Notes: a model not told the origin generated them from the sequence alone. A stretch of DNA of 64,000 bases from an uncultured delta proteobacterium (GCA_963810935.1 CAWEPK010000008.1:512001-576000); one strand, 5' to 3'. Counted from the first letter of the stretch, positions 9,827 to 20,496 are shown. Program-made: numbers and translations.

Positions 9827-11047
9827 TCAAAGTCTGCCTGTCCCAAAAAAAGCCGATGCAGCTTCCACCACCGCTTGTGCGAACCTGGCGTCTTCTAAAT
9901 TGGCATCCACCTCGACGATCTCTATTTCCTTCCTTAGCTTCTTTCTTAATGTCTTGCAGAAAACAGCGTCTCCTTCCGGGTCATAGGTCGGGCCGCCCGG
10001 CTTGTCTACCGAGGACCAGCCGCGCATAGGCACGAGCACCCGGACAGGCCCTTTCGACCTATTCAATTTGAGGGCGAACGCCTCCGCGATCCGCCTCAAT
10101 TCCTCAGGGCTTGCGCGCAGCCATACCCGGAGCTTGTCCAGCTCGTATCGCGGCCGTCCGTACAACATGCGGCGGGAGCGGGACGGCGTTACATGGTTCA
10201 CGCTGCACGTCGACACGATTTGGGGGATGCCGCGGGCCCCCGCCGACTCCAGCCTCCCGGGCCCGGCGTCCCGTGCGAAGCCGTAGAGGTTCTCGCCCAC
10301 GCCTCCCGTCGCCAGGTCTATCACGCCCCGGAACATCCCCGACGCAATCATCTCCTCCATGGCGCGGTCGCCGGCGCCGTTGGCATGGAACCCGACGACC
10401 TCGCAGCCCGCCTTCTCCAGGGCGGACCGGACGAAGCTCGCGCACCTTTCACAGGGGCTCATCGTCGTCATGGCTAAGGCATTGCCTGCACCGGCCCAGG
10501 TATCGGCAACGCGCCGGCACGGCATGGCGCGCACGGCGTACGCCGCCCTTTCGAGGACGCTGCGCACGGGGTTGGAAAGACCTGCTATCTCGACTACGGA
10601 GTTGAACAGTATAATATCGCTCGTTTTAGGGAAAAAGCCGGAAAGTCCGCGCATGGCTGCGACGGACGAGACCATAAGCTTCGGGAAGCCGAACGGAAGG
10701 GCCTGCATCACCGCCGCAATCATAGATGTCCCGGTATAGCCGCCTATGCCGGTGATACCTTCGATCTTCCTTTCAGCCATCAGCCTTGATGCGATGCGCG
10801 AAGCTCCGACGATCATCGTCTCCATGTTTGAGGCCATGTTTCCGGAGCCGTTCAACGCTTTAAGGCTGCGTCCGCCGGCCCGCGCCACCTCGCTTGCTGT
10901 GATGTCCGCCTTGAAAACCGGCTTTCCGCAGCGCGTGGACAGGTCCATCGACAGAGACTCCGAGCCGAGGGCCTTCAGTTCCCCGTGCAGGTAGAGCGCT
11001 TCGGCGCCCTTCGTATCCATCGTGGCGAGGAGCAGGACAGACTTCAT
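9827..11047 (-). CDS. UPF0261 / Tm-1-like ATP-binding domain protein (copy 1)
   Basis: LLATMDTKGAE, ALPFGFPKLMVSS, FHANGAGDRAMEE, VIDLAT and GPGRLESA motifs; ATG at 11047 overlaps the upstream TGA (ATGA). Confidence 0.9.
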   Translation of the reverse strand: MKSVLLLATMDTKGAEALYLHGELKALGSESLSMDLSTRCGKPVFKADITASEVARAGGRSLKALNGSGNMASNMETMIVGASRIASRLMAERKIEGITGIGGYTGTSMIAAVMQALPFGFPKLMVSSVAAMRGLSGFFPKTSDIILFNSVVEIAGLSNPVRSVLERAAYAVRAMPCRRVADTWAGAGNALAMTTMSPCERCASFVRSALEKAGCEVVGFHANGAGDRAMEEMIASGMFRGVIDLATGGVGENLYGFARDAGPGRLESAGARGIPQIVSTCSVNHVTPSRSRRMLYGRPRYELDKLRVWLRASPEELRRIAEAFALKLNRSKGPVRVLVPMRGWSSVDKPGGPTYDPEGDAVFCKTLRKKLRKEIEIVEVDANLEDARFAQAVVEAASAFFGTGRL

Positions 11048-11668
11048 ATTTGTACGTACTTCCATGAGACGGATGCCTTCCGTATCTTCCCTATGGGGAG
11101 GTCGGCGAAGTGGCCCCTGTCACGTAGATACTCGACGTTCGGCCTCCCGTCATCCGTGAAGGAAGGCAGCATGGCGTCGTCCTCTCCGTTGAACGGGACC
11201 GGGGTCACGCGCACCTTACGGCAGTAAGCGTTGTCGTAAGTGGGGGTCGCCTTGACCCATCGGCCGTCTATGTACAGGTCGGCCAGGCCGTGATACGCGA
11301 ATACGTTGCTCCCTCTCTTCAGAACAAGCTCCGGGGGCGTCAGGTGCGCGCGTATCTCCGCGAACCTGAGCCTCGCGGGTATGCCCGCGCAGCGCGCCAG
11401 AGCGGTCAGCAGGACCGCCTTCTGGACGCAGTAGCCTTCTCCGGCTGCAAGCACGCGGCTTGCCTTGAAGTGGGAATCGGTGGGCCTCTGCGCATAGACG
11501 TTATACCTGATCCCGTCCCTCACGAACAAGAAGAGGCGGACGGCCTTTTCCTTCGCGCTGCTGAGGCCGGTCGTCAGGCTCATCGGTCCTCCGGCAGACG
11601 TCCGGGTGGCCGCAATCGATAAAAAAGGTCGGCCGCAGGTAACGCTCTCTGCCTGTAAGTCTGCTCAA
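11044..11668 (-). CDS. Transglutaminase-like (Cys-His) domain protein, split by a +1 frameshift near 11585
   Basis: YLRPTFFIDCGHPDV (frame of ORF 11501-11713) joins to FVRDGIRY...GYCVQKAVLLTALARCAGIPARL...YHG...WVKATP; TTG at 11668 overlaps the upstream TGA. Confidence 0.82.
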
Positions 11669-12033
11669 TCCTCCACCAGCGTAAGGGCGTTCGGGGCGCA
11701 CCACTGCACGCACTGCGGGTTAGGCGGCTCTCCGCAGAAGTCGCACTTGAGCGGGATGCCCGTGTCGGGTTCCTTATAGACCGATTTCGACGGGCACGAG
11801 GCCCGGCAAATGACGCAGCCGTCCACCTCGACGCCCTCCAGCATGCGGACGCCTTCCGAATTACAGGCGGCCTCCGTGTACGGGCCCGCGATGACGGGCA
11901 GGCAGAACTCCTCGCCCACGAATACCCTGATGCGCGACCGCCACGGGTTGACGGCCCCCGTGTGGGCCAGCGAACAGGCGATCTCGCACTGCTTGCAGCC
12001 GGTGCATACCTTATGGTCTATCTTTATCTTCAT
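11665..12033 (-). CDS. Poly-[4Fe-4S] ferredoxin-like subunit, BamC-like
   Basis: CTGCKQCEIAC, NPWRSRIRV, AGPYTEAAC, CVICRASCPS, EPDTGIPLKCDFC and CVQWC. The CRASCPS...EPDxGxPLKCD pattern is what I recall for BamC of class II benzoyl-CoA reductase (to be verified by alignment). Confidence 0.85.
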   Translation of the reverse strand: MKIKIDHKVCTGCKQCEIACSLAHTGAVNPWRSRIRVFVGEEFCLPVIAGPYTEAACNSEGVRMLEGVEVDGCVICRASCPSKSVYKEPDTGIPLKCDFCGEPPNPQCVQWCAPNALTLVED

Positions 12034-13847
12034 TCCGGGTCCGATCCTTCTTTGTCCAGCCCGATTTTATGGAGCTTCTCTTTGGTGGGCGCGCCTTTTT
12101 CGTCCCATTCCCTCAACCGGTAGTATTCGACGAGCAGCTTATCAAGCTCCACGACCCGGTTCTTCACGCGGGGCTCTTTGAGTATCCTCGGCGGCAGGGA
12201 GTCATCCTCGCCCGTGAGGCCTGCCCTCATATTGAAAAGGCGCTCGAGATTCCAAATCTTCTCTCCTAGCCTGTTGACCCCGTCCTGCGTGTATGCGGTG
12301 CCGGTCACGTACGTCAGCCACTCGGCGAGCTTCTCGCCCCAGAGCGGGCCATGGTAGACGATCCAGCAGAGTATCCCCGAATCGGCGGCCGCTATATAAT
12401 CCTGGTCCTTCTTCGTAAACTCTACAAAGCGGGCGGGGTCTTTCCGTCCCTCGTAGAACGGCATGGTCGATTTCGTGTGCGCGCCTCCCGTATTGGAGGT
12501 GGCGTACTGCAAGCCGAGCGCGTCGAACGCCTGCGGGTGCCAGGCCGGTATGCCCATGCCCTTAACGCCCATGAATAACTCCGGGTGGCCGTATCGCCCG
12601 GCAAAAGCCAGCCCGCCTTCCGCCATGAGGTCGCCGATCCCCTCCCTGTGGGCTATCTGCTTGAGCAGTTGGAACATGTTCGTGCTTCCGAATTCGAGCG
12701 GGTAGCCGAGGTCTTTTTCGGGCAGGTGGCCCTCCTCGAAAAGCTCCATGGCGCAGGAGACCATCGCCCCCGTCGTGATCGTATCCATGCCGAGCTCGTT
12801 GCACAGGTAATTGGCCCTGCAGATGTCCTCCATCTGCCCGAGACCGCAGTTCGCCCCCATAAGGGCCATCGTCTCATGCTCCGGCCCTTTTGCCGTCAAC
12901 GGGTATTCCGGGTCCTTGATGCGGCTCCTTTTCCCGCATGAGAAGGGGCAGGAGAAGCAGGCCTCGTCGCGCACCCGGATCAGGTCCCTGATCACCTCGG
13001 GGTCCTCATACTTCACGAAATCTTCGGAGTATCCCGATTTGAAATTGAACGCCGCCTGGCTCTTGCTTGCGTTCGCCCGGCCGGGCAGCGACCAGGTGCC
13101 GTATCTCCTACGCTTGTAGAATTCGCCGTTCTCGCGGGCTTCCTTGTAAAACTCCATGACCGCCTTCCGGAAGCCCTCCACGTCGGCGATGTTGACCGGT
13201 CCGGTCCCCAGGGCGGCCACCGCTTTGAGGTTCTTCGACCCCATGACCGCCCCCAGGCCCGAGCGTCCGGCGGCCCGCCCGCCGTCCGACATGATGCACG
13301 CGAACCTCACCATGTTCTCGCCGGCCGGGCCTATGTCGGCTACGCCCATGCTGTTGAGCGCCCAGTTATCGAAGCCGTATCTCTTTCTCATGTCTTCCCG
13401 GATCGTCTTTTCCGTATCCGCGGAGAGTTTGCCCCACAGGTGACCGGCCGGCAATATCTCCACCCGCTCGTTATTGATCGTCACGTAAACGGGCTCGGGC
13501 GACCTGCCCTCGAAGATAAGGAGGTCGTAGCCGGAATATTTCAGGTTCGATCCGAAATAGCCGCCGCAGCACGGACTCGACACGCAGTTGCTTAAGGGCG
13601 ACTTGGCGGAGACGATAAAGCGGCTTGCCGCCGGGGCCCCGCTTCCTGTCAGGGGGCCGGTGGAAAAGATAAGCTTGTTCGCCGGGCTTAAGGCGTCGAT
13701 CGCGGGGTCCACCTCATCGAAGAGTATCCTGCCGCACATGCCTCTGCCGCCGATGTAGTCGCTCATCAGGTAGGCCGGCAGCTCTTCTGTGCGGACTGTT
13801 GCCGCGGACAGGTCGATCCTCAGTATCTTCCCGTGCCACCCGAACAT
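12030..13847 (-). CDS. aor: Tungsten-containing aldehyde:ferredoxin oxidoreductase (AOR) family enzyme
   Basis: GKILRIDLS, IGGRG, KSPL, IGPAGEN, AAGRSGLGAVMGSKNLKA, CFSCPFSC, GPEHE, NELGMD, GGAH, DSGILC and ERLFNMRAG; 605 aa. Confidence 0.93.
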   Translation of the reverse strand: MFGWHGKILRIDLSAATVRTEELPAYLMSDYIGGRGMCGRILFDEVDPAIDALSPANKLIFSTGPLTGSGAPAASRFIVSAKSPLSNCVSSPCCGGYFGSNLKYSGYDLLIFEGRSPEPVYVTINNERVEILPAGHLWGKLSADTEKTIREDMRKRYGFDNWALNSMGVADIGPAGENMVRFACIMSDGGRAAGRSGLGAVMGSKNLKAVAALGTGPVNIADVEGFRKAVMEFYKEARENGEFYKRRRYGTWSLPGRANASKSQAAFNFKSGYSEDFVKYEDPEVIRDLIRVRDEACFSCPFSCGKRSRIKDPEYPLTAKGPEHETMALMGANCGLGQMEDICRANYLCNELGMDTITTGAMVSCAMELFEEGHLPEKDLGYPLEFGSTNMFQLLKQIAHREGIGDLMAEGGLAFAGRYGHPELFMGVKGMGIPAWHPQAFDALGLQYATSNTGGAHTKSTMPFYEGRKDPARFVEFTKKDQDYIAAADSGILCWIVYHGPLWGEKLAEWLTYVTGTAYTQDGVNRLGEKIWNLERLFNMRAGLTGEDDSLPPRILKEPRVKNRVVELDKLLVEYYRLREWDEKGAPTKEKLHKIGLDKEGSDPE

Positions 13848-13848
13848 A

Positions 13849-14298
13849 TCAACCCCCGCCTGGACGGCCTGAATGCGTCTCTGCGTCCCGGAACGGACCG
13901 AGCGCCCTCACCGACTCCGTCATGCCGTTGACGATGCCCGCGAAGCGCAGCCCTTCCGATGCCGACACCCAGTCGAGCCGCACCCTCTCATCCTCTACCC
14001 CGAACTGCTCGAGCACCCTTTTCAGGAGCGCCATCCTGACGGCCGTCTTGTAGTTCCCTTCCAGGTAGTGGCATTCTCCCGGATGGCACCCGAGCACGAG
14101 CACCCCGTCGGCCCCGGCCTGAAGGGCTTCGAGGACAAAGGAAGGCTCGACCCTCCCGCTGCACATTACGCGGACGATCCTGATGTTCGGGGCGTACTGG
14201 GTCCTGGACGTGCCCGCCAGGTCGGCCCCTGCGTAGGAGCACCAGTTACAACTGAAAACGAGTATCTTCGGCTCGAACTGCTTCACCTGCTGCCTCAC
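13849..14298 (-). CDS. mvhD: MvhD/FlpD-type [2Fe-2S] subunit (BamF-like, all-Cys)
   Basis: FSCNWCSYAGADLAG, RVMCSGRV, GCHPGECHY and WVSASEG. GTG at 14298 overlaps the hdrA TGA. Confidence 0.92.
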   Translation of the reverse strand: MRQQVKQFEPKILVFSCNWCSYAGADLAGTSRTQYAPNIRIVRVMCSGRVEPSFVLEALQAGADGVLVLGCHPGECHYLEGNYKTAVRMALLKRVLEQFGVEDERVRLDWVSASEGLRFAGIVNGMTESVRALGPFRDAETHSGRPGGG

Positions 14299-17200
14299 GC
14301 GTCGAAGGCGGCGTGGATCTCCGCCAGGATCTGTTCCGTGGTGAAATGTTTTCCCTTCATTGCTCCGCCGGGACAGGCGGCCACGCAGACGCCGCACCCC
14401 TTGCAGAGCGCCTGGTTGACGTAGGAAACGCCTTTTTCTTCATCCTTCCGCACGGCGTCGTAGGGACACACCGCCTCGCAAACGCGGCACCCGCTGCAGC
14501 GCGATTCGTCCACCTGCGCCACGGCGGCCTGTCCCTCTATGCTCCCGCGCGTCAATACGGCAAGCGATCTCGATGCGGCGGCCTCGGCCTGGGCGATGCT
14601 CTCGTCGATGAATTTGGGACTGTGAGCGGCGCCGCACATGAAGATGCCGTCCGTCGAGAAATCGACGGGGCGCAGCTTCATGTGGGCCTCAAGGAAAAAG
14701 CCGTCCTCGTTCAGCGGGACCTTGAGCATCTGCGAGAGCGCCCGGTTTGCATCCGGCGCGACGGTGGCCGCGGCCAGGCAGACGAGGCCCGCGTCGAGCT
14801 GTATCTTACGGCCGAGGACAGGCTCGGTCACTGTCACCCTCAGGAAAGACTTCCCCTCCTCTTCCACGGCCGCGATATCAGGAGGGTCCTCCGGCTGGTA
14901 GCGGATAAAGACCACCCCTTCGTCCGAGGCCTTCCTGTAATAATCCTCCTTGAACCCGTACGTCCTCATGTCACGGTAGAGGACGTAGATGTCCATGTCG
15001 GGTCTCAGTCCCTTCAGCTTCAGCGCATCCTTTACGGAGTGCGAGCAGCAGACGCGGCTGCAATAGGGCCTTTCGTCATTTCTCGACCCGACGCACTGGA
15101 TAAAAACGGCCGCTTCGGTCTCCTTCACGCGGCCGGCGTCTTTCTCGATCATCTCATCGAGCTCCAGGAGCGTGACGACCCTCGGGTCCCGGCCGTACAG
15201 GTATTCGCCGGGTCTATGCTCCCCCGCGCCCGATGCCACTATGGTAACGCCGTGCTCTACCTGCCTCGGCGTATCGCTCCCCGCCACGCCGATCTTCGAC
15301 GAGAAGTTGCCCACGTAGCCCGAATGCTCCAGCAGCTCCGCGCCCGTAACGACCTCGATCATCTCCGTTGCGCGGACCTCCGAGACGAGGCGGTCCACCA
15401 GCGCGGCCACGTTGCCCCCCTCCAGCGTCTCGGGTATCCTCGCCGCCAATCCTCCCAGCTCGTCATTCTTTTCGATCAGGTGGACCTTGATGCCCTGGCG
15501 CGCCAGGGCCAGGCCCGCGGTCATACCGGCGACCCCGCCGCCGACAACCAGCGCCGCCTTCGTCACGCCGTATTCCGCCCGGTAAAGAGGCTGGAGTAGC
15601 AGGGCCCTTGCGGCGGCCATCCTGACGAGGTCCTTCGCCTTGCCAGTCGCGACCGCCTTGTCGCCCATATGGACGAAGGAGCAGTGCTCCCGGATATTGG
15701 CGAACTGGAAAAGGAAGGGGTTGAGACCGGCCTCTCTCAACGTGTCCTGAAAGACCGGCTCGTGGGTCCTGGGCGTGCATGCGGCCACTACGACCCTGTT
15801 GAGTCCCTCTTTCTTTATGGCCTCCACGATGTGCCTTACCGAATCGACCGAGCACGCGAAAGTCTCCTCAACGGCGCACGCTACGCCGGGAAGGTCCTTC
15901 GCGTATTCCACGACTTGCGGGACGCTCACGACCTTCGCGATATTTGTCCCGCAGTCGCATACGAATATGCCTATCCGCGGCTGCTCGCCGCCTACCTCGC
16001 GCTCCGCCGGGTAGACCTTTTCCGCGACCATTGTATGCCGCGCCTCGAAAAGGAGCCTGCGAGGCGAGAGACGCGGCCCCGCTCGCCATGGTGACGGTGT
16101 CCGGGATATCCATCGGGGCGTGGAAAACGCCGCAGGAAAAGATCCCCTTTCTCGATGTCTCCATGGGTGAAAAGTCGGGACTGCGGCAGAAGCCGTGGTC
16201 GTTCAGCTCTATTGCCAGGTTGCCGGCCAGGTCGCGGTTGCCTGCAGAAGGCGCCAGGCCTACGGAAAGGACAACGAGGTCGAACTCCTCATCCCTGACC
16301 CCGCTGCCGTTGACGCGGTACCTGAGCACTACGTTGCCGCTTTCGGCCCCCTCCCCCTTGATAGACGCCTTGGCCCATATGTAGCGCACGCCGGCCATCG
16401 CTTTGGCACGTTCGTAGAAGCGCTCGAAACCCTTGCCGTAGGCGCGGACATCGTTATGGAGGATAACGGCCTCCATCTCCGGATGGTGCTCTTTCGACAG
16501 TATGAGCTGCTTCGTGGCGTACATGCAGCATACGGCGGAGCAGTACGTACAACTCGAGCTTTCGTCACGTGAGCCGACGCACTGTATCCAGGCAATCCTG
16601 TGCGGAACACGGCCGTCGGACGGGCGGCGCAGCTCTCCCCCGTTGGGGCCCGATGCGCTGATCATCCGCTCAAACTCCAGGCTGGTTACGACATTCGGGA
16701 GCCGGTGGTACGCGTACCGGCTCTCCGCCGTGGGATCGAACGTATCGTATCCCGGCGCGAGGACCAGGCACCCGACACGTGCGGTCGTCCTTTTGGGCTG
16801 CATCCTGAAGTCTATGGCCTTGCCCTTACACGTCGGCACGCAGATCTGGCATATCTTCCTTTTCAGGAAAAGGCAATTCCCCGCGTCTATAACGGACACT
16901 GCCGGAACGGCCTGCGGGAAATGCACGTGGATGCACTTCTTTCTCGCCAGTTTTTCGTTGTACGTGTCCGGGACGTAGACGGGGCAGTATTCGGCGCAGG
17001 TGCCGCAGCCCGTGCATTTCTCCTCGTCCACGTAACGCGGCTCCTCGACAAGGCGGACCTCGAAATTCCCCGCCTCTCCCTCTACCCCTTCCACGCGGGT
17101 ATTGGTAAGGATCGTGATATTGGGGTTGGTCGCGCACTCGATAAACTTGGGGGAGAGGATGCACATGGAGCAGTCGTTGGTCGGGAAGGTCTTGTCGAGC

Positions 17201-17364
17201 TGTGACATCTTGCCCCCGATGGCGGGGGACTTATCGACAAGGTAGACCCTGAACCCGGAAGCTGCGGCGTCGAGGGCGGCCTGGATGCCGCCGACGCCCG
17301 CGCCCACGACCATCATCGCCCCGACCTTATCGGAGCGCCCGGGACTTTCAGGCACCGGACTCAT
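14295..17364 (-). CDS. hdrA: Double-module HdrA-family flavoprotein (BamE-like, about 1020 aa), split by a +1 frameshift near 16058
   Basis: Module 1: VVGAGVGG, DKTFPTNDCSMC, inserted ferredoxin, QCVGSRD, CSAVCCMY. Module 2: CDCGTNI, AACTPRTHE, NIREHCS, VVGGGVAG, QCVGSRN, CSRVCC, then C-terminal 2x[4Fe-4S]. Removing one G in CAGGCTC restores SQLLFEARHTMVAEK. Confidence 0.92.
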
Positions 17365-18530
17365 ATCACCTCGCCCACGATCTCCGAGATATCCCTGACC
17401 TCCAGCACGTCCCCCCTTTTCATCGTAAGGACGCTGTCCTTTAAGTTCAGGATGCAGTAAGGGCAGGCCGTAACGATGACTTCGGCTCCCAGGCTTATTG
17501 CCTGCTCGACGAGCGTATCGGAAAAGCGCTCTCCCTTTTTCGTCTCCATCCATATCCTCGCGCCGCCGCCGCCGCAGCACAGGCTGTTCTCCCTGGCATT
17601 CACCTCATCGATCAGCGTGAGGCCGGGAATGGCGGAAAGGACTTTGCGCGGCTCGTCGTAGACGCCGTTGTGGCGCCCCAGGTAGCAGGGATCGTGGTAG
17701 ACGACCCTCTTCGGAAAGGGCCTTTCGAATAAAAGGCGTCCTGCGTCGACCAGACCGGCCAGGTACTGGACGATGTGGACCACTTTGAAATCCGCGCCAA
17801 GCCGGGGATATTCGTTTTTGAACGTCTCGTAGCAGTGGGGCGAGCTGACGATAATCTCGCCGATCCCCGACGCGCGGAACGCCTTTATGTTGGCCGCCGC
17901 GAGGCTGTCGAAAAGCGCGTAGTTCCCCGCCTTCCGCACGCTCTCGCCGCAGCAGTTCTCATCGCTGCCGAGGAGCGCGAAGGCCGCGCCGGTCTGCTTC
18001 AGTATCCCGGCCGTCCGTCGGGCCAGATTCATCATCTTTGTGTCGAAGGCGGGCACGCAGCATGAGAAATAGGCCGTTGTCGCCCCGCCGCCGGGGGCAG
18101 GCAAGTCGAGGCCCGCCGCCCAGTCGGCCCGTTCCTGCCTCGCGCCGCCCCAGGGGTTTCCCGCGCTCTTCAGGCTCGCCATCGCGCTCCTGAGGCTCGC
18201 AGGGACCGCCCTGGCGACGCTCTCCACCGTGATATTGCGGACTGCGCGTATGACGTCCGTTATTGCGACGCCGCGCGGGCAGCGGCTCACGCACGCGTTG
18301 CAGGTTGAGCAGAGCCACCAGTCTTCCTCGCCGGGCTCCACCAGCCCGAACTTAGACTCCGTGATCTTCCTGTGGGGCGTGAAGGTCCGCACGTCGTTCC
18401 AGGGACAGCTCGCCGTGCAGAGGCCGCACTGGAAGCAGTTGCGGAACGCCTCCCCGCCGGCCTCCCTGATCATCTCTATCGCTTCTTTGAAGGGCGCCGT
18501 CGCTTCCGCTGCGGGTTTTTCCCTGCTCAT
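17361..18530 (-). CDS. HdrC/HdrB-type fused Fe-S oxidoreductase with two CCG domains (HdrD/BamD-like)
   Basis: CFQCGLCTASCP, CSTCNACVSRCP, ENCCGES, SSPHCY, YHDPCYLGRHN, LCCGGGG and TACPYC; 389 aa. Confidence 0.9.
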   Translation of the reverse strand: MSREKPAAEATAPFKEAIEMIREAGGEAFRNCFQCGLCTASCPWNDVRTFTPHRKITESKFGLVEPGEEDWWLCSTCNACVSRCPRGVAITDVIRAVRNITVESVARAVPASLRSAMASLKSAGNPWGGARQERADWAAGLDLPAPGGGATTAYFSCCVPAFDTKMMNLARRTAGILKQTGAAFALLGSDENCCGESVRKAGNYALFDSLAAANIKAFRASGIGEIIVSSPHCYETFKNEYPRLGADFKVVHIVQYLAGLVDAGRLLFERPFPKRVVYHDPCYLGRHNGVYDEPRKVLSAIPGLTLIDEVNARENSLCCGGGGARIWMETKKGERFSDTLVEQAISLGAEVIVTACPYCILNLKDSVLTMKRGDVLEVRDISEIVGEVI

Positions 18531-19794
18531 TGGGCTTCCCGTCCGATCCCGCCCCCGCCCGCCATCACCTTGCAGAGCTTACCGCATATGGAATCCGCGA
18601 GCGCCGCGTCGTCCATCGAGCACCCCATCTCGATAATCTCTATTCCGTCCCGTACCTTCAGGTAGCGCTTGAGGCCGTCGATGAAAACCGCGTCCGTCTC
18701 CGGCTCGTAAAGCGGGCCGCCCTCAACGCTCAGGGAAGAAAAACCCTTCAACGGGATGTAGACGAACGTGGGGCCTTTAGCCATGTTCAGCTTTTCGGCG
18801 AACACGCGCGCGATCTCTTCCATCTCGCGCCCTGTCGTCCGGGCCTGGACGCGCATCTCGTCCTGCACGTACAGCTTGCGCTTTTCTATCTCTTTCTCTC
18901 TCCAGAGGGGATCGCTCAGTCTGCGCGTGTAAGGCCCGCAGCTCAGCGCGTCGAACCCGCACGGCGTGAGTATTACGGGAATCCCCCTGCCGACTCCACG
19001 TCGAGCCTGTCGAGGCCCGCCGCGCGGTTGCCCCCCAGCATGGCCTCCGACAGGCCGGCCGGCACGAGGTCTATGACTGCGTCGAAAGCGCCGTCGCCTA
19101 TCATCTCTTCCATGATCCGGTCGCCCACTCCCTGCGCATGGAACGGGATCAATTCGAAGTCCTGCGAGGCGCATTGCGTGCGTACCATTCGGGCGCAGGC
19201 CTCCGAGAAGGCAAACTCGCTTATCGCCACCTGCTTTTTCGGATCGCCCCCGGAGAGCCGTTCCACGCCGGCCACACCGGCGATCATGCCTGCGAACCTG
19301 GCGAGCAGGTCCTTCACGAACCTGTTCAGGCCGTTGATGTCGAGGCATGAATGGAAGATCGCCATGTCCTTATATGCGAAGTAGCGGGCCGCGTAGGCGG
19401 GCATGGCGGCGGAGCTGGAGAGGATGAGCTTGGGAAAGCCGAAAGGCAGGGTCCTCATTACGGAGGAGATAAAAAGCGTATTGGTCGCCCCGCCGAAGCC
19501 GGCAATCGCGTCTATAGCCTTCTCTTTATAAAGCTTCCCGGCGATCTCGATACAGCCCGCCATCATCGGCCCGGTGATCGTCGCCGTGCCTTTGCTGGTG
19601 GATATCTCGTGAAAATCGGCGCCGCCCGAGCGGGCGACCTCGACGCACGTATAGTCGGCCCCCTCCCGGCTGTGCGCCCGCATCGCTATGTCGAGGAGGA
19701 TGACCTTGCAGCCGAGGGCTTCCAGCCGCCCTTTCAGGTAAAAGGCCTCTTCCCCCCTTGTATCGAGGGCCGTCAGCAACAGGACTGCGGACAT
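18527..19794 (-). CDS. UPF0261 / Tm-1-like ATP-binding domain protein (copy 2), split by a 1-nt deletion near 18990
   Basis: MSAVLLLTALDTRGEE, TLPFGFPKLILSS, FHAQGVGDRIMEE and AAGLDRL, continuing in the next frame as GIPVILTPCGFD...IPLKGFS. Confidence 0.85.
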
Positions 19795-19831
19795 GCGCTT
19801 CCCTCTTCGTCTTGCGGGTATCGTCCGGTCT

Positions 19832-20496
19832 CTATAACCCCGGCCCCGAGTCAGCCCCTTGATCAGATAGGGCATCTCGACCCTCCTGGTAGGGGCGAGT
19901 ATCCTGCTCTGATAGTCCGTCACGTATTTCGATTTGAGGGTCCGGGTAAGGCCCCGGTACTCGTCGGTGGCAGCCACTTTCGCGATAGCCTCTATCGTCT
20001 GGCTCGTCCCTTCCACGAGGATGAACGGACCGGAGCCTATCGCCACCTTCCACACGTTCGTCACCCTTATCCCCAACTTTTCCATCCTGGGGACGAACTC
20101 GTTGTCCAGAAAGGTCCTGTAGCCCTTTTCCATGCCCGGGAGGATATTGAAATACTGGTTGAATTTCCAGACGCCGACCTGTACCTCGTATCGCTTGGCG
20201 TCGGCTGTCCCGTACGAGCTGTACAGCCTGCTCGCATAATTCCTGATAAGGGGTGAAAGCCCTTCCATAAGCTCGCTATACCCTTTTGACGTTACCGCCT
20301 TCTGGACCACGCCGGGGTCGTTCGTCGTCGATACGGCGACAATGCGGGGACCGGCGCCGACCACGACGTAGAATGCTCCGATTATCCGCAGCCCCGTTTT
20401 TTCCATGGTCGGTATGTATTTGCCAAGGATGAAGTCTTCGTATTCCTTCTCCTTGTTCTCGACCACGTCCCAGTACGTTGCAAAAAGTATAGCCAT
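19832..20496 (-). CDS. Hypothetical protein with two tandem NIPSNAP/dimeric alpha-beta-barrel-like repeats; 3' end uncertain (reads in frame into the UPF0261 gene)
   Basis: Two similar ~100-aa units: YWDVVENKEKEYEDFILGKYIPTMEKTGLRIIGAFYVVVGAGP and YFNILPGMEKGYRTFLDNEFVPRMEKLGIRVTNVWKVAIGSGP. GGAGGG RBS before ATG at 20496. Confidence 0.65.

Noticed and set aside
12030..13847. Calling the W-enzyme BamB (benzoyl-CoA reductase)
   Set aside because: It has AOR-type GPEHE and GGAH motifs and lacks the BamB-type Cys-ligand region as I recall it; only the partner subunits are Bam-like.
13849..17364. Selenocysteine recoding in MvhD or HdrA
   Set aside because: No in-frame TGA at Cys positions; the HdrA break is a frameshift, not a stop.
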